A stretch of DNA of 62,992 bases, the filler included, from Basidioascus undulatus (lineage: Eukaryota), in the NCBI GenBank assembly GCA_000826855.1. It is 3 parts of 3 records of this genome, joined end to end, with 100 filler letters (N's around TTAATTAATTAA, not from the genome) between each part and the next. Parts side by side here need not be neighbours in the genome. Positions count along the whole stretch, not along the records: positions 1 to 20,945 come from JTLS01000353.1; positions 21,046 to 41,987 come from JTLS01000354.1; 1 more part is not named here. One strand, given 5' to 3'. Positions 13,553 through 25,785 of this stretch are shown one piece after another. The position numbers were made by a program, and so were the translations under genes. The notes under the pieces were generated by a model that saw only the letters and a list, made by a program, of their open reading frames with translations, was not told the DNA's origin and did no database searches. How positions within the stretch are numbered: the first letter of the stretch is position 1; each line of letters starts with the position of its first letter.

Positions 13553-14840
13553 GGTCTCCGAAATAGCGATAGAAACTGTTCGATGGCAAGTGGTGTAACT
13601 AGGCTATTAGTGAGGACGGAAGGTGAGCGAGAGCTGCAAAGCGCGAAAGAAACGAGACGGGAGGACGCAGAGCGGATGCGCTGCGGTCAGGTATATAAAG
13701 TCATGTCTTGGTGAGCAGTTGTTCATGTTTGCTGAGACAGATGCCGAGAAGTTAGTGGAGATCGCGCTGGAGCTGTCGAGGCGCAACCCGGCGTCGCGAG
13801 CGCTCGCTCGGCGCGCCGAACGCATCCTTCGGCTTGCCGACGCAACAAACGGCCGCGGTGACTTGGGAATACGCCTTGATGACATTGCAAGACATTGCCT
13901 ATCGCACGACTTTTTTTTCGCACGTACTCTGGGGTCTAGCCAGGTCTAGCCATTGGGTTTGTAAGAAGTCTCGATGTTAAGTCCGCCTGTGCGCTTGCAA
14001 GCGCTTGCTGGGGCCGTAACAGACGGTTGCTTTCCGTGCCGAATGTATGGCGAAGTGGTGGTGAACCCACCGCTCCCTTTACTAGCGACTGAGTTCTTAT
14101 CACCATAAGTGCTGTTCCGAAATACGCACGACAGCAGGTTCTCGATGATGTTCCGACTCCGTCGCAATTGTTTGCTCACAAACCTGATGAGGACAGTCTC
14201 TTCACCTCTGACCGAAACTGCACAAAACAGTAGTGCGCAAAGGGTCTATTAACTATTTCAAACTGGAAGTGCAAGGCTAGAAGCAGGAAAAACGGTTCTC
14301 GTTGGATGTAGTACGTACCCGAAGTGCTGCAATCTGCGCAGGCATCACTATCGACAGTCGTTTTTTTAGTGTCGCAACAAGTCGGCGTGTCACTTCTGGA
14401 CTACCGGCCAAAATAAAGTATAGCTGCAAAAGTTTCTTGGAGACGTGAACTTGCCAGTGTACATTAAGGACTGCCAGTGCCAGATGTTGTTGACGCAGCG
14501 AGCAGATTTTCCATCCGATACTGGCGTCTGCTGGAGATTTACGTGGTATTTTGTCAAGCTCCCTTAGTCTAAGTGCCTTTATAATGAGCCTCAAAGCCTC
14601 TTGTACTCGGGACTTTCCTTGATGAACAGAAATTATTTGGCATCAGAACTTCTTTTATGAGTCATTCGCCGGCGACTTGCCGGCCGAACAGCGTCGAGAC
14701 GCGTCTCACGTCTCCAACGTCTTCCTTGCACTCCTTGCACTCTACCTCTCCGATACCTTCACGCCGCGGCAGTAGAAATTCTTTAGATTTCATAGAACGC
14801 GATAGATCTCTGCGACGCCGGTGCCTAGCCCTATCTAGCC
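13553..14840. promoter_or_regulatory. Divergent promoter region shared by the ABC transporter and the Zn2Cys6 gene
   Basis: The two ATGs (13552 minus, 14841 plus) are head-to-head. TATATAAA at 13692-13699, CGG-containing palindromes at 13796-13819, CCGCGG at 13853 and 14764, ATGAGTCAT at 14657-14665. Confidence 0.6.
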
Positions 14841-17800
14841 ATGTCAAGCGAGGACGAGACCTACGAGACGCGTCTGGATAGCTCAAGCAAGAAGCGGAAG
14901 GTCACTCGAGCTGTGAGTTCATACGGCGTTCTGACGCGCTACAATGCGCTTACTGACATGGATTACTGTGGGTGGTCGTAGTGCGATGCCTGCCGGTGCG
15001 TGTATGATTGCCTGGTGAAGCCCACGGACGGCGAACAGGACGTTGAATGGATCTTGGTTTGGATGCAGGAGAAGAAAGGTCAAGTGAGTGCTTCATTTCA
15101 ATCTATATCTATCGCATATATCAATTCGATGCGACACCCTGACCTGCGTGAGTAGATGCGATGTTCTGCATAAGCCCGAAGGCGAGCGGTGCACCAATTG
15201 CGTGCAAACCGATCAGAACTGCACATGTGAGTCGTTCCTTTCACTATCTTACCATTGGCTCTGTTTACATTTTGTTCCTGCAGTTGTTGAGTCCAGTGTA
15301 CGCCGCGGTCCACCGCGAGGGTATCTTGAATCGCTCGAAGTACGCGTCGCGCGGCTCGAAGCGCTGTTAAATACGGTGCGCAGATTCAGACTCGTTCTTC
15401 TCGTATTTTCACTTTACGTCTGACAAGGTGGCCGACACCTTCATGATGCAGCTCCACCCCGGAATCGACTTCACGCCCGATGTCGGTCCACCCGTCCGCC
15501 GCGACACCTTCGTTCCGGGTGGTCCGGCCGACCTGTCCCGCTGGAATCGCAAAGCGACTGGCCGTTCTGCCGCTCGGAAGAGCGCGAGATCGTCCCCGGG
15601 CGGTGCAGAGCTGAGCGATGCTGCCAGTGCCGTCGGCGCTGCCATACTGCCGGCCAAAGTCGAGATGGGCTCAGGGGCGGAGGACGCGAGAGCCGGGTGG
15701 GAATCGTCCGCCTCCGTATCTGAGGCGGAGGACAGTGACGATCTCGCGCACTACATGAGCCGTCTCGCTATCCACCGCCATGACCGCCGCTTCCATGGGA
15801 AGAGCAATAGCTTCCGCTTCGGTGCGTGCTCGAGGGCCCGCGAGGTCGAACGATGAGCTCAATTTCAGCGACCATTTCACAGTCTCGACCATCGACGACA
15901 TCCGACCCTCGTCCGGCTCTCCTTCTACCAGCTTCGCCCAGAGCTTCCTGAGCGGTCGCCGCGAGAAATATTGGTCGCCGACGACTTGGGAGGTCGCGGA
16001 CGCGACGTCCGAGCTCGACGTTCCGGCGCTTTGGATGAGTGTCCTTCCGCCAGACGACCTACTTCATTCCCTCGTCGAGCTCTACTTCAAGCACGTCAAC
16101 AGCTTCCGCCCTCTCCTTCATCGACCGACGTTCGAGAAAGAGCTGCGCGAGCGTCGGCTGGAGACCTCATTCGTCAGCAAGGCTCTTCTCGTCTGCGCCG
16201 TCGCGTCGCGGTACTCGACCGATCCGCGAGTCGTCGTCGAGCAAGATCGCGAGCCGGACGGGTCCGTCAAGAGCTGGCTGTCGGCCGGGTGGATTTACTA
16301 TACCACATTTAAGCAGATCAAGCTGAAGATTGTCCCGTTCGTGGCGCCATCGGTACGAATATTTGCCTTCCCGGTTGCAGCCGCTGCTGATTATTTCTTT
16401 CGCTTTAGGCCGACGATCTTCAAATATCCGCTGTACATTCATCTACATGCTGCCACGCAGCTTAGATCTGACCCCCCGTTCTAGAGCAGCTTTTGGCGAT
16501 GTTCCTTTCAGGAGGACCACTCGGGGCTGCGTCCTGGGCCGTCTCAGCTATGGGTCTCGTCGTTGCACAGGTTCGTCTCGAACTCACTTCAGAATTCGTC
16601 GTACTGTGAGCAAGATCGCCGACTGATGCTATATGTCCACGCGGCTTCGAGCAGGACATCGGCGCGCACCGCCGCACTCCGACCGCCGCGCGGGATCCTG
16701 TTGATGCCGAGATGCGAAAGCGGGCATTCTGGTCAGTCCCGGCTCCGGACCCCAATATCTTTTGTCCATCCACTCAGTCGCACACTTGCTTTCCTCCGAA
16801 CAGGTGTCTTTACTGGATGGACCGCGAGGCAAGCGCGGCGCTCGGACGGCCTTGTATGCTGCGCGAGGAAGAGTGCGTGTATTACCATTTGGCTTCGTAC
16901 GTCTTCGTAAACTCACATTCCGTGTCTACTCCCTCTTCGCGCCACTCTCAGCTTCGACGCCGAGCTCCCGAAGGTCTTGCCCGAGGAAATTGGCACAGAG
17001 ATGGAGGGCGCCGTCGCGTACTTCAACGTGTTCCTTGGCCTCATGAACATCCTCGGAATCGCATTGCAGACGATCGTGAGTTTCTGTCTCTTGCTCTTTC
17101 TCGCTTGAAGCTTAATTTCGCCCTACGTATCAGTATACCGCCAAGCCCCCGTTGCGGTCGGACGTCTCGCAAGCTCAGCAAGCTGCGCTGTCCACCGCCG
17201 AGCTCGAAAGCAGGCTCAACGCCTGGCTCGAGAGCATGCCGGAATCTTGTAAGTTGGCAATCTGACGGAACGTCTGCCTTGAGCGCCTGCGTAAGACTTG
17301 CATGCCTTTGGCTCGAGGATTAGTGAGATGGAATCGTGCGTACATGTCGTGCGGCTCGTGTCGAGAGTGAGCCAGCTGAAGACAAAACGCTTCCTCCACA
17401 GCCGACGAGCCGGACACGTTGCGCTTCAGCCATTTGTGCAACATCCAGAGCGCGTACTACACTGTCAAGGTGAAGGGTTGTCTTCCCCATCCCGTTCACC
17501 GCTCAGCGCTCATGCTTGATCGACATTTCCTCGCTCCTCGTTCAACTCACCTCAGATCTATGTTCACCGCGCCTTCATCCACCCTCGGCGACCATCGCCT
17601 CTGCGCGGCACCGCTCTCGCGATCTGCGCGAATGCCGCTCGCTCCGCCGTGCACGTCTTGGATGTATACTCCCGGCGGCCCTCCTACCTGGAGCCAGGCG
17701 GTGTGAACCTTTTGCTCCACGTGCGTGCTGCAACTCGGCCTCATCTGTTCCCGCATTCACTTCACACTTACACTTGTTCCAGGCCTTCACGAGCGCGATT

Positions 17801-18808
17801 GTCCTGCTCGCTACCCTGTGGACGGGCCAGCGCACCGGCCTCGTTCAAGGCTCGCCAGATATGGCAATGGCCGGTACGTTCTGCAGCGTCCGGTTTAACA
17901 TTGCGGTCCATTGCGCATCACACCTACTCAACCACACACCCTAATCCCAAGCAGACGTCCGAATCTGCATCGACCTGATTCAATCCTACGAGGATCGGTA
18001 CCTGATTGCGGGGAAACTTGTGTAAGTTCTTATGGACGATTTTGCATGACCTGCTTCGTGCTCACGTGCTCGTGAACAGCGACGTCCTCAACCAACTCGT
18101 CAAGGTCAGCGACGCGCCGCCTGTCAGCTCCTCCGCTCCGACGCAGAGCGCGACGTTTACGAGCAACCCCTCGCACGTCTCGCACGCGCCCTTCACTATG
18201 CCTCTGGGATCAACCGGAGTTACTGCAGTCGGCGAGTCTCCGACATCGGCCATCTTTGGAACGGTCCCCGAGCCGCTCTACGAACCTCCCCCTTCCGCGC
18301 AAGCTCCTGCGCAGTCAGTTCTTCCCTCCCCCGCGCCTACGTACCCCTCCTACCCTCACGCCTCCTCCGCCGCCGCTCCACCTCAACCGCAGCCGTGGCT
18401 GCCTGTCGACTCCTTCGCGGCTGCAGCCCCCGGCATCTACGACCTTTTCGCGCCCCCGACAGGCAACCTCCCGCTGCCGTTCGCGCCTCTTGCGCAACCG
18501 ACCCCGCCGCTCCCCAATGCCGGTGCTCTACTCCCTCCCCCTCTCGTTCAACCAAGCGTGGGCGTGCAGCACAGCACGCCGGCGCCATCGGTTCCCGGCT
18601 GGAATGAGCCCGCCGATCAACTTTGGAGCAGCCTGCCGTCGCTCATGGCTGACGAAAAGTGCGTTGCAGTCTCTCTCATCTCGTTGCCCCCCTTCAGGAT
18701 TGTGTTTACCTGGTGCGCGTTCCGCTGAGTCACGGCAACAGCGAAGATGCGTGGCTCCACTTCTTCTCCTCCGCCTCGACCTTCTCGCCTCCCGCGGCCA
18801 ACTCATAA
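14841..18808 (+). CDS. Zn(II)2Cys6 transcription factor with fungal-specific middle homology region
   Basis: Spliced N-terminus KKRKVTRA|CDACR|RRKVK|CDVLHKPEGERCTNCVQTDQNC. Middle region LVELYFKHVNSFRPLLHRPTF, RKRAFW, DREASAALGRP. Pro-rich tail ending DENEDAWLHFF...ANS* at 18808. Confidence 0.93.
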
Positions 18809-19448
18809 GCAGGTAGTTGCTGTAGCCCATGGTGGACTAGCGTCGCTCGGGAAGAGCGACGTCATCGGGGGACAGCAGCTGCAGAATGAGCGGTATCGCG
18901 GCGGTGCGGAAGGAAGCTCAGCGTAGTCGGGAACGACTCGATGTGACGACTTGGCATTTTACCGTTATGGCTGCGAATTTGAATTTATTCCTGATTAATA
19001 GAGGTGATGGTACTGCGCATTTCTTGATGCTGAGCCTCCACGGACGGTGCAAACTAGCATCGCGCAGTCAAGTGAATACCAGTGCACGAAGCATCGCACG
19101 CCCAAAGGAGTAGTCATACAATTTGTTTATGTCCGAGCCCCTTGGCCGCTAACCCTGAACCTGCACGTTCTTACAGAACGTCCTATAGGCCTTCCAGTCG
19201 CTGAAGCAACAGGCCAATGTTACATTAGTGATTTGACAGAGCGGAGAGGCTAGAAAACCACGGGCGCACCTCTTCTGATGCTGAGCCGAACAGTATGTTG
19301 CCTGTCGGCAGCCCGCACAACGCTTGGAAGCAACCGCGCTGCCACCGGGTAAGGCGCACCCTCATCCAGATTGGCGGACGTCGGCAGCTTTGCAACTTCT
19401 TACTTACCCCCTGCATCATCTTTTTCCACACCACCAGAAGCCGGGCCT

Positions 19449-20242
19449 CTACATTGCAAGTGGCGATGTGTGAAACGCGTGGCGGGCGCCTTCCACCCGG
19501 GGGGTGAATGCGCCGTCGGAAGCGATGATGTGGGATATTGAGTAGCGCCGGGGCGAGGGCCTGCCCTTAGCGAGATGTCGACGACGCCGCAGAGCGCGCC
19601 GAGACCGGCTGGAAGTGGGCAGTAAGGCGTCCGTCGTCAAGGATATGGGGAATACAAAAGGGAGGCAAATGTCAAGGAACGTACCTCATATGGCCCGTTG
19701 CAGCTCTTTGTGTGGCCTGAGGCTACCAAGTCCCAGAACCCGGCATCAATGATGCGTCGGATGATGGGCATGAGTCCGGGATAGCGTACAGACTTACAGA
19801 CTCTACAAGATTTTGGAACAAGATACACGTACCAAATATCGTGTCCCAAAAGTCGAGCAAGGGCGGTCGCCAACAGCCGAAGCCCAGAAGCCAGGGCGGC
19901 CCGTTGGTCCTCTCCCAGCCGCAAAGCGCCCGCCTCCTTCAGCATGCTCTTCAGAGCCGTTTCCAGCACGCCACCGCTACGCACCAGACCTTCCGCAAAC
20001 TCGTTGTAAGCGGCCCTGACATCGGTCTCTTCGGACAGAAGGAAGCGGAGCAGGTCCGGGTGAGCGCGGACCTCCTCGGTCAAGCGCCGTCGAAGAGGTG
20101 CGAGAAGCGTTCGGACAGCGCCGAGCTCGAAGAGATCGATAGGATGCGTGATACTGGGACAGGGGAGGAGACCTGTACGAGGTGGTGAAACGTGTCGGCG
20201 TTGAAGAAGAACGGGTCTTGGAGATAGAGAAGGGCGAGGCAT
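19449..20242 (-). CDS. Hypothetical helical protein, probably 3 exons
   Basis: ATG-initiated ORF with a protein-like helical core (EEVRAHPDLLRFLLSEETDVRAAYNEFAEGLVRSGG) and two GTACGT-donor introns. No family recognised. Confidence 0.45.
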
Positions 20243-20945
20243 GGCCGGGAAAGGGACTCAGCCTGGAATTGCAGGGAGAGCAATACAGGTAACCTATGAC
20301 CTTTTGAATCCCTCGTAATAAATCTCTTTTACTTAGTGCCACTCCACCCTGTGAAGAGAGGTCAGCGCCCTGAGAAATAAACATGGTTACAAATCCCTGA
20401 ATGCTTTTGTTTCAATCCCCATTATTGCCCATGTGCACAGGTGCATACATTGTGCTGATGAGGATGCGCCGGCTTCTTGAACGTGAGTGGATGGACCGTT
20501 TCAGTGCTTGATGAGCTGGATAAGTGCTTTCTACCAAAATACCATAATATAAATAATTTAGGATGCAGGAAAAGTATCCAGAATGGTTGTTGCCGCTGTC
20601 GACCACTTGCGGTGCACCAAGGTGCACGAAAGGCGAGGCTGCCTCAACGCAAGCGCACCTGCAGTTGAATCGCTACTGGGCACCTTGGACAGTGAAATTT
20701 GCTAAGACTGGCTCAAATACCTCCTTCGTGATTATTCGAGCAGTCTGCATCGCCAACTGCCTTGCAGTCTGGTGATTGGCGAGGCGCTCGACGCACTGTT
20801 ACAGAAACAGCGGGTACTCATGCGCTGCCGAAAAACACACTGTTGCTCATGGGGGCATTCGGTTAGACCGAGAATGATTCAGTAGTTTTCTTTGGGGAGG
20901 CGCGTGCAGAGACTGATTAGGGGGGGGACGGCGGTGCGGTGGGTG

Positions 20946-21045
20946 NNNNNNNNNNNNNNNNNNNNNNNNNNNNNNNNNNNNNNNNNNNNTTAATTAATTA
21001 ANNNNNNNNNNNNNNNNNNNNNNNNNNNNNNNNNNNNNNNNNNNN
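20946..21045. other. Artificial contig linker N44-TTAATTAATTAA-N44
   Basis: Exactly 100 nt; the central 12-mer places a stop codon in all six frames. Confidence 0.98.
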
Positions 21046-21092
21046 GAGGCTACCAGTATCAGCCCTCCGGCCCCGGCGGCAGCTGGTGGTAA
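21046..21092 (+). CDS. Probable extreme C-terminus of a Ded1/DDX3 DEAD-box helicase gene cut by the contig start
   Basis: Reads GYQYQPSGPGGSWW*. Fungal Ded1 proteins characteristically end in a Gly/Ser-rich tail with SWW, and a DED1 fragment lies 3.2 kb downstream on the same strand. Only 14 codons are visible. Confidence 0.6.
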
Positions 21093-24000
21093 AGCGCTTG
21101 CGACGGCGCTTTACCCTCGTCTCGTCTTCTTCCTCTCTCACATCCCCTCCCTTCCCCGACCTCCCACCCCCATCCCTCTCTCCGCCTCTTTCGCGTTCAG
21201 GCTTCTCGTATGATTTTCCCCACCCGCCACATGTCCACCTTCGCCACACACGTCTATGGCTTCGTCTCCTTTCTCCTTGTCTCATGCTCCGTCTTCTCTT
21301 CTTTCCTCTTTCTTCACGCCCTAACGTAGTGCAATGATCCATGATCCCATCGTCCGTCGTCTCCGCAGCATCGTGCACCTGTATCAGCTAGTTCCCTCCT
21401 CCCTCTCCCCCCTCCCCTTCTCCTTCGTTCACGTCTCTGGGGTACATCGTCGTCCACTTGCCATATTCCGGGTCATTCTACACAACTTGCATCACCCTCT
21501 CACTCATCATCAGCGCATTATTCCCTCCACCACCTTACCAGCCGCTTAATCGTTATTTGTGTAGAAGGACGATCTCACGCCCCATTTGCCTTTCCATCTT
21601 TCTTTTTGGCTTTTTTTCGTTCCGCTACTTGTATTGGTATAGCTGCACGACACATGTTTAGATAGACGGCACTCCCTGGCATCGGGTGGTGCAGGCACGC
21701 CACCACCCGCTCTCACATTTATGGCTCTTTGCACGCATCTTGTGTGTGCTTGGTGTGTGTGCACTGTCAATGTGGTGTAGGTTTGGTCGTGTGGTGCGCT
21801 TGAGTAAAGAGATTGGGGATGTGTACACGGTTGCAGTTGAGGACGCAACTGGACCGGGAGGGGTTTCGGTACACGCAAGCGGGACGCAGCGTATGGTAAA
21901 ATGAAACCAGTTAACTGCCCGTGAAGCTGGTCAAGCTGATCTCACCGAGGATAGGGCGGGTGGTGCCGTACAGGGCTCAACGCAACCGGGACGTCGTTTG
22001 CGGGTAGGAGATGAACAACGTTCTCGCTCATCACAAACGATTGAGCCTTTGCTCAGCATACGTTAACTCCTAACTCAGAATGATAATCTCGGGGTCTGGC
22101 CTTCAAACCCCTCGGGTGGCGGCGGCTCTGGTACTACATAAGGCGTCGAGGCAGGACCTGATCAGAAATTGGACGCAGCCTAGCATGCGGGCAGGCAGTC
22201 TGAATTTGCAACTCAGAAACCATATCGTCTCCAGAGGTTCAAAGCGTACAGTAATAAAGAAAACACTTGTAACCAGGAAATATTACATGCAGGACTGGCC
22301 GTGGGTACGTGCCCAGCTCGTCAGCACGGGCAGGAACCTGCAGCAAGCCAGACGCTGCCCCCGGCGCTCAGTTCCGATCTGAACGCTGGTCGGAGTCCAA
22401 CTGCGTTTCGATCTGAATGCCCTCTTCAATATGTATCAACCAGAAAGCCTTCTTCTCTCTCCCTCCCACCTACCTTCCACCAAGTCCAGCGAGCAAGCAT
22501 GCACCTCACCCTCGCCACGCCCTCTCTTGCCTCGCTATCCTCGCTGTCATCACCAGCAGTACCATCACGCCGGACCAAATGTCCCCTTCGAGTACATCAT
22601 CAGCCCGGAGGCACCACCTGGCTTGGCACTCGACCTCGCCCCGAAGCAGGACGGCCCGGTCCACTTGAGCATCTTTGGTTGATCGACACCTTTCCGAGAG
22701 GTCAAAAGGTGAAATATCTTTTGTCTTGTATTTTCCGTACTTCTTATAGCTCCATCTATGAGGCTGAAATGAGCTCGGGACTCGGGGGTGTAGATAGACA
22801 CTGCTTGCTCATCGCTGGACGGGCGGTGGCTTGGCTTGCCGGCATTGTATATCCATATATCCATCCACGTTTCGTTTGGGATTCTATGGGATTGTCTGGG
22901 GGCTGAATTTCATTCAAGAGCTTATCGGATGTGTTGCGTCTGTCGTGTTATGCTTTGTCGTTGACCTCGTGTGCATGCACTCGAGTGTCAAGCATCCTAC
23001 CGTCTAGCATCTCGAATGCCCTGAGTCTAAACCCTGGCAGTATGTGAGACCAGGAAATTGCCTTGGCCACGGTTGGCACAAGTTATGTTAAATGGAAGGT
23101 GCGCAGATGCCCCGCAGGACTTGACAGCGCCAGTCTTTTTCGAGCTTTCAAAATGAGCAAGGGTGTTGGCTTTAAAACAAGCGATAATCACTGGAAGTCT
23201 ATTCCTGAGTTCATGAACCTGCCAATTACGCTTCTTGCTTGGCTTGTCTTGCTTGGTGAGGCGAGGTCTTCGCGTGCCTCTCACTCAGGGTCCCTTTCGA
23301 TGAAAGAGACACTCTACGCAAGGATGTTGCCCTGATTTCAATTCAAAACAACGTTTACAGAGTTATCTGTCCGCCTACTACGACACTGCCTTGCCCATTG
23401 CCTGTTGACAACATGTTCTATGATTGGCACTCATCATCAAGTCATAGGGCTTGAGGCGTGTTATAATTCTAAATCACTCTGCCGATGTGATTTTTTTGGC
23501 AATTATCAGAGCCAGTATGTAGGAATCGATTGGTAGGCTTTGAATGTACTCCCTGAGTCAGTCACAGCCCGGAAGCAAGCAGGAAATATTTGAAGGAGAT
23601 ATTCGCCCATTTCCCCACTGTGTAAGTTCCCTCAGCCACCTCTCGTGGTCGCATTGAAAAGGACATTAATGTTCTGAGGTGCGGGAATGTCTGTTCAGCA
23701 TTCGGTACGTCACGCAGCGAGAAGCTGGAGACACAACAGCCGTGAGAGCCTGAGCGCTTACGGGGGTCTCGACTGACTAGCAACGTTGCAAAAGGTCTTG
23801 CCCATCTTTATTCGTCGATTAAAAGGTAGTTCACCTGTGCCCTAAACTAGGCTATACGGTACAGGTTGCAGGCGACGCCTGCCCCAAAGTCGCCAGCAAA
23901 CAGTGTCACTTGACAACAGGGTGGGCGTGCACAATGATGAGGGGGGTGCTGCGGGGCGATCATTTTTGACCTCAGGTTTATTTTAGAATACCAAGGATAA

Positions 24001-24309
24001 CTCCATGACGATATTATGAGCCAGTGGAACGCACATAGCTGCGTAAGCAAGGCGGTGTGACAACTGGGTCATTGGCTGGCCTCAGCGATGAAGCAGCTTT
24101 GTAGCTATTCCTTTGCTTAGGAGCAATGAGTTTCGTATGTACACTAATAAGTATATGTTCATGAAAGAAGGCGGGGAGCGATGTTTGTAGGGGCTTATCG
24201 TCTGACATAACAGATCTCTGCGAAGGTGCGTCTCGTTTGCCCTGTTTCTGAATTCTTGAGCTAGCTTTCCCTTAGCCTCAACTGGAAACAAAACTTCTTA
24301 GGTTATATC

Positions 24310-24767
<458 letters not shown>

Positions 24768-24849
24768 CGAACAAAATATTCATGGGTTGCTTTTTTAGAG
24801 GAGTAAAGAAGCAAGCCTCTCGAACCTCTATAAATCCCTCCCACCAGTG

Positions 24850-25630
24850 CCTCCCCGCCCACAGCGCCCGCCTCAGATCGCTCTTCCATCTCCCACACCG
24901 TTCCGTCGGCGATGCGGTCAGCGAACCATTTTCGTCCATCTCCCGTAACGCTCCACATCACGGTCGCGATCTTAGGCAGGAGATGAGAGGCAGCCGCGCT
25001 TCAACTTCCCTCAGCAACTCGTCCTTGACGGCATGCACTTCAGCGTGTTCCCACGATCGCGACGGGGACACCCCGAGAATGACTTTCTGCAGCGTGCTTA
25101 AATGTGTGATAAACCTGATAACCTGCTCGATCCCTTCATTGCACAGAAAAGAGGGTGCCGGCACAGCCGCAATAGCGAGGTGGGTCAGGCTCGTCACACG
25201 GAGCACCGCGTCAACATCGTCGGGGCGATCAAAGAAGAAAAACGCGATGACGAGACGCTTAAGAGATCCGACCGCATTTGAGACCGTATACTCCTACCCT
25301 CAGCTGTAAAAAATCTTCGAGTGAAGTCTGGTTATGGCAGAACGGAAGTTCGGCAGACATCGAATAGAAGCGGTGCAGACCACCACACAACTTGAGCACG
25401 AGCTGGTCAATGTCATGCTCTGAGACTTCGATTTGACTGGCATCGTGCTGCTGCTGAGGGGAGGAGAGGTCAACTCGGACCATCAATGAGTGGATGACAC
25501 CGCGTGTCATGTGGTTACTACCACGATCACCTTCCCAAAGCGGAGAATCCCCGAGCAACGGAATGGTGAGTTTTCCACATTGCTGGACTAATAAACTCTG
25601 CGCAATTGCAGGTGAACTGCAATAGGTCCG
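24850..25630 (-). pseudogene. Degraded hypothetical gene with LRR-like segments
   Basis: Protein-like fragments in shifting frames: LKRLVIAFFFFDRPDDVDAVLRVTSLTHLAIAAV...LSTLQKVILGV and KWFADRIADGTVWEM, separated by stops. Confidence 0.33.
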
Positions 25631-25785
25631 CATGGGCGGAAAGGGTCGCTGCGCGAGCTGTGCAATGTTCGAAACGGCGTGTGACCGGCATTTTCGCGCT
25701 GTCTATGGGCAGGAGGTACTGCCCCAATTTGTTGTACTTCACACAATTACAAAACATACCTCTTAAATGGTATATTAACGCCATG

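Noticed and set aside
20990..21001. TTAATTAATTAA as a biological palindrome or piggyBac TTAA target
   Set aside because: It is centred in N runs and identical at both gaps, so it is an assembly linker.
21231..21329. Short hydrophobic ORF MSTFATHVYGFVSFLLVSCS
   Set aside because: It lies in a pyrimidine-rich probable 3' UTR, which yields hydrophobic translations by composition.
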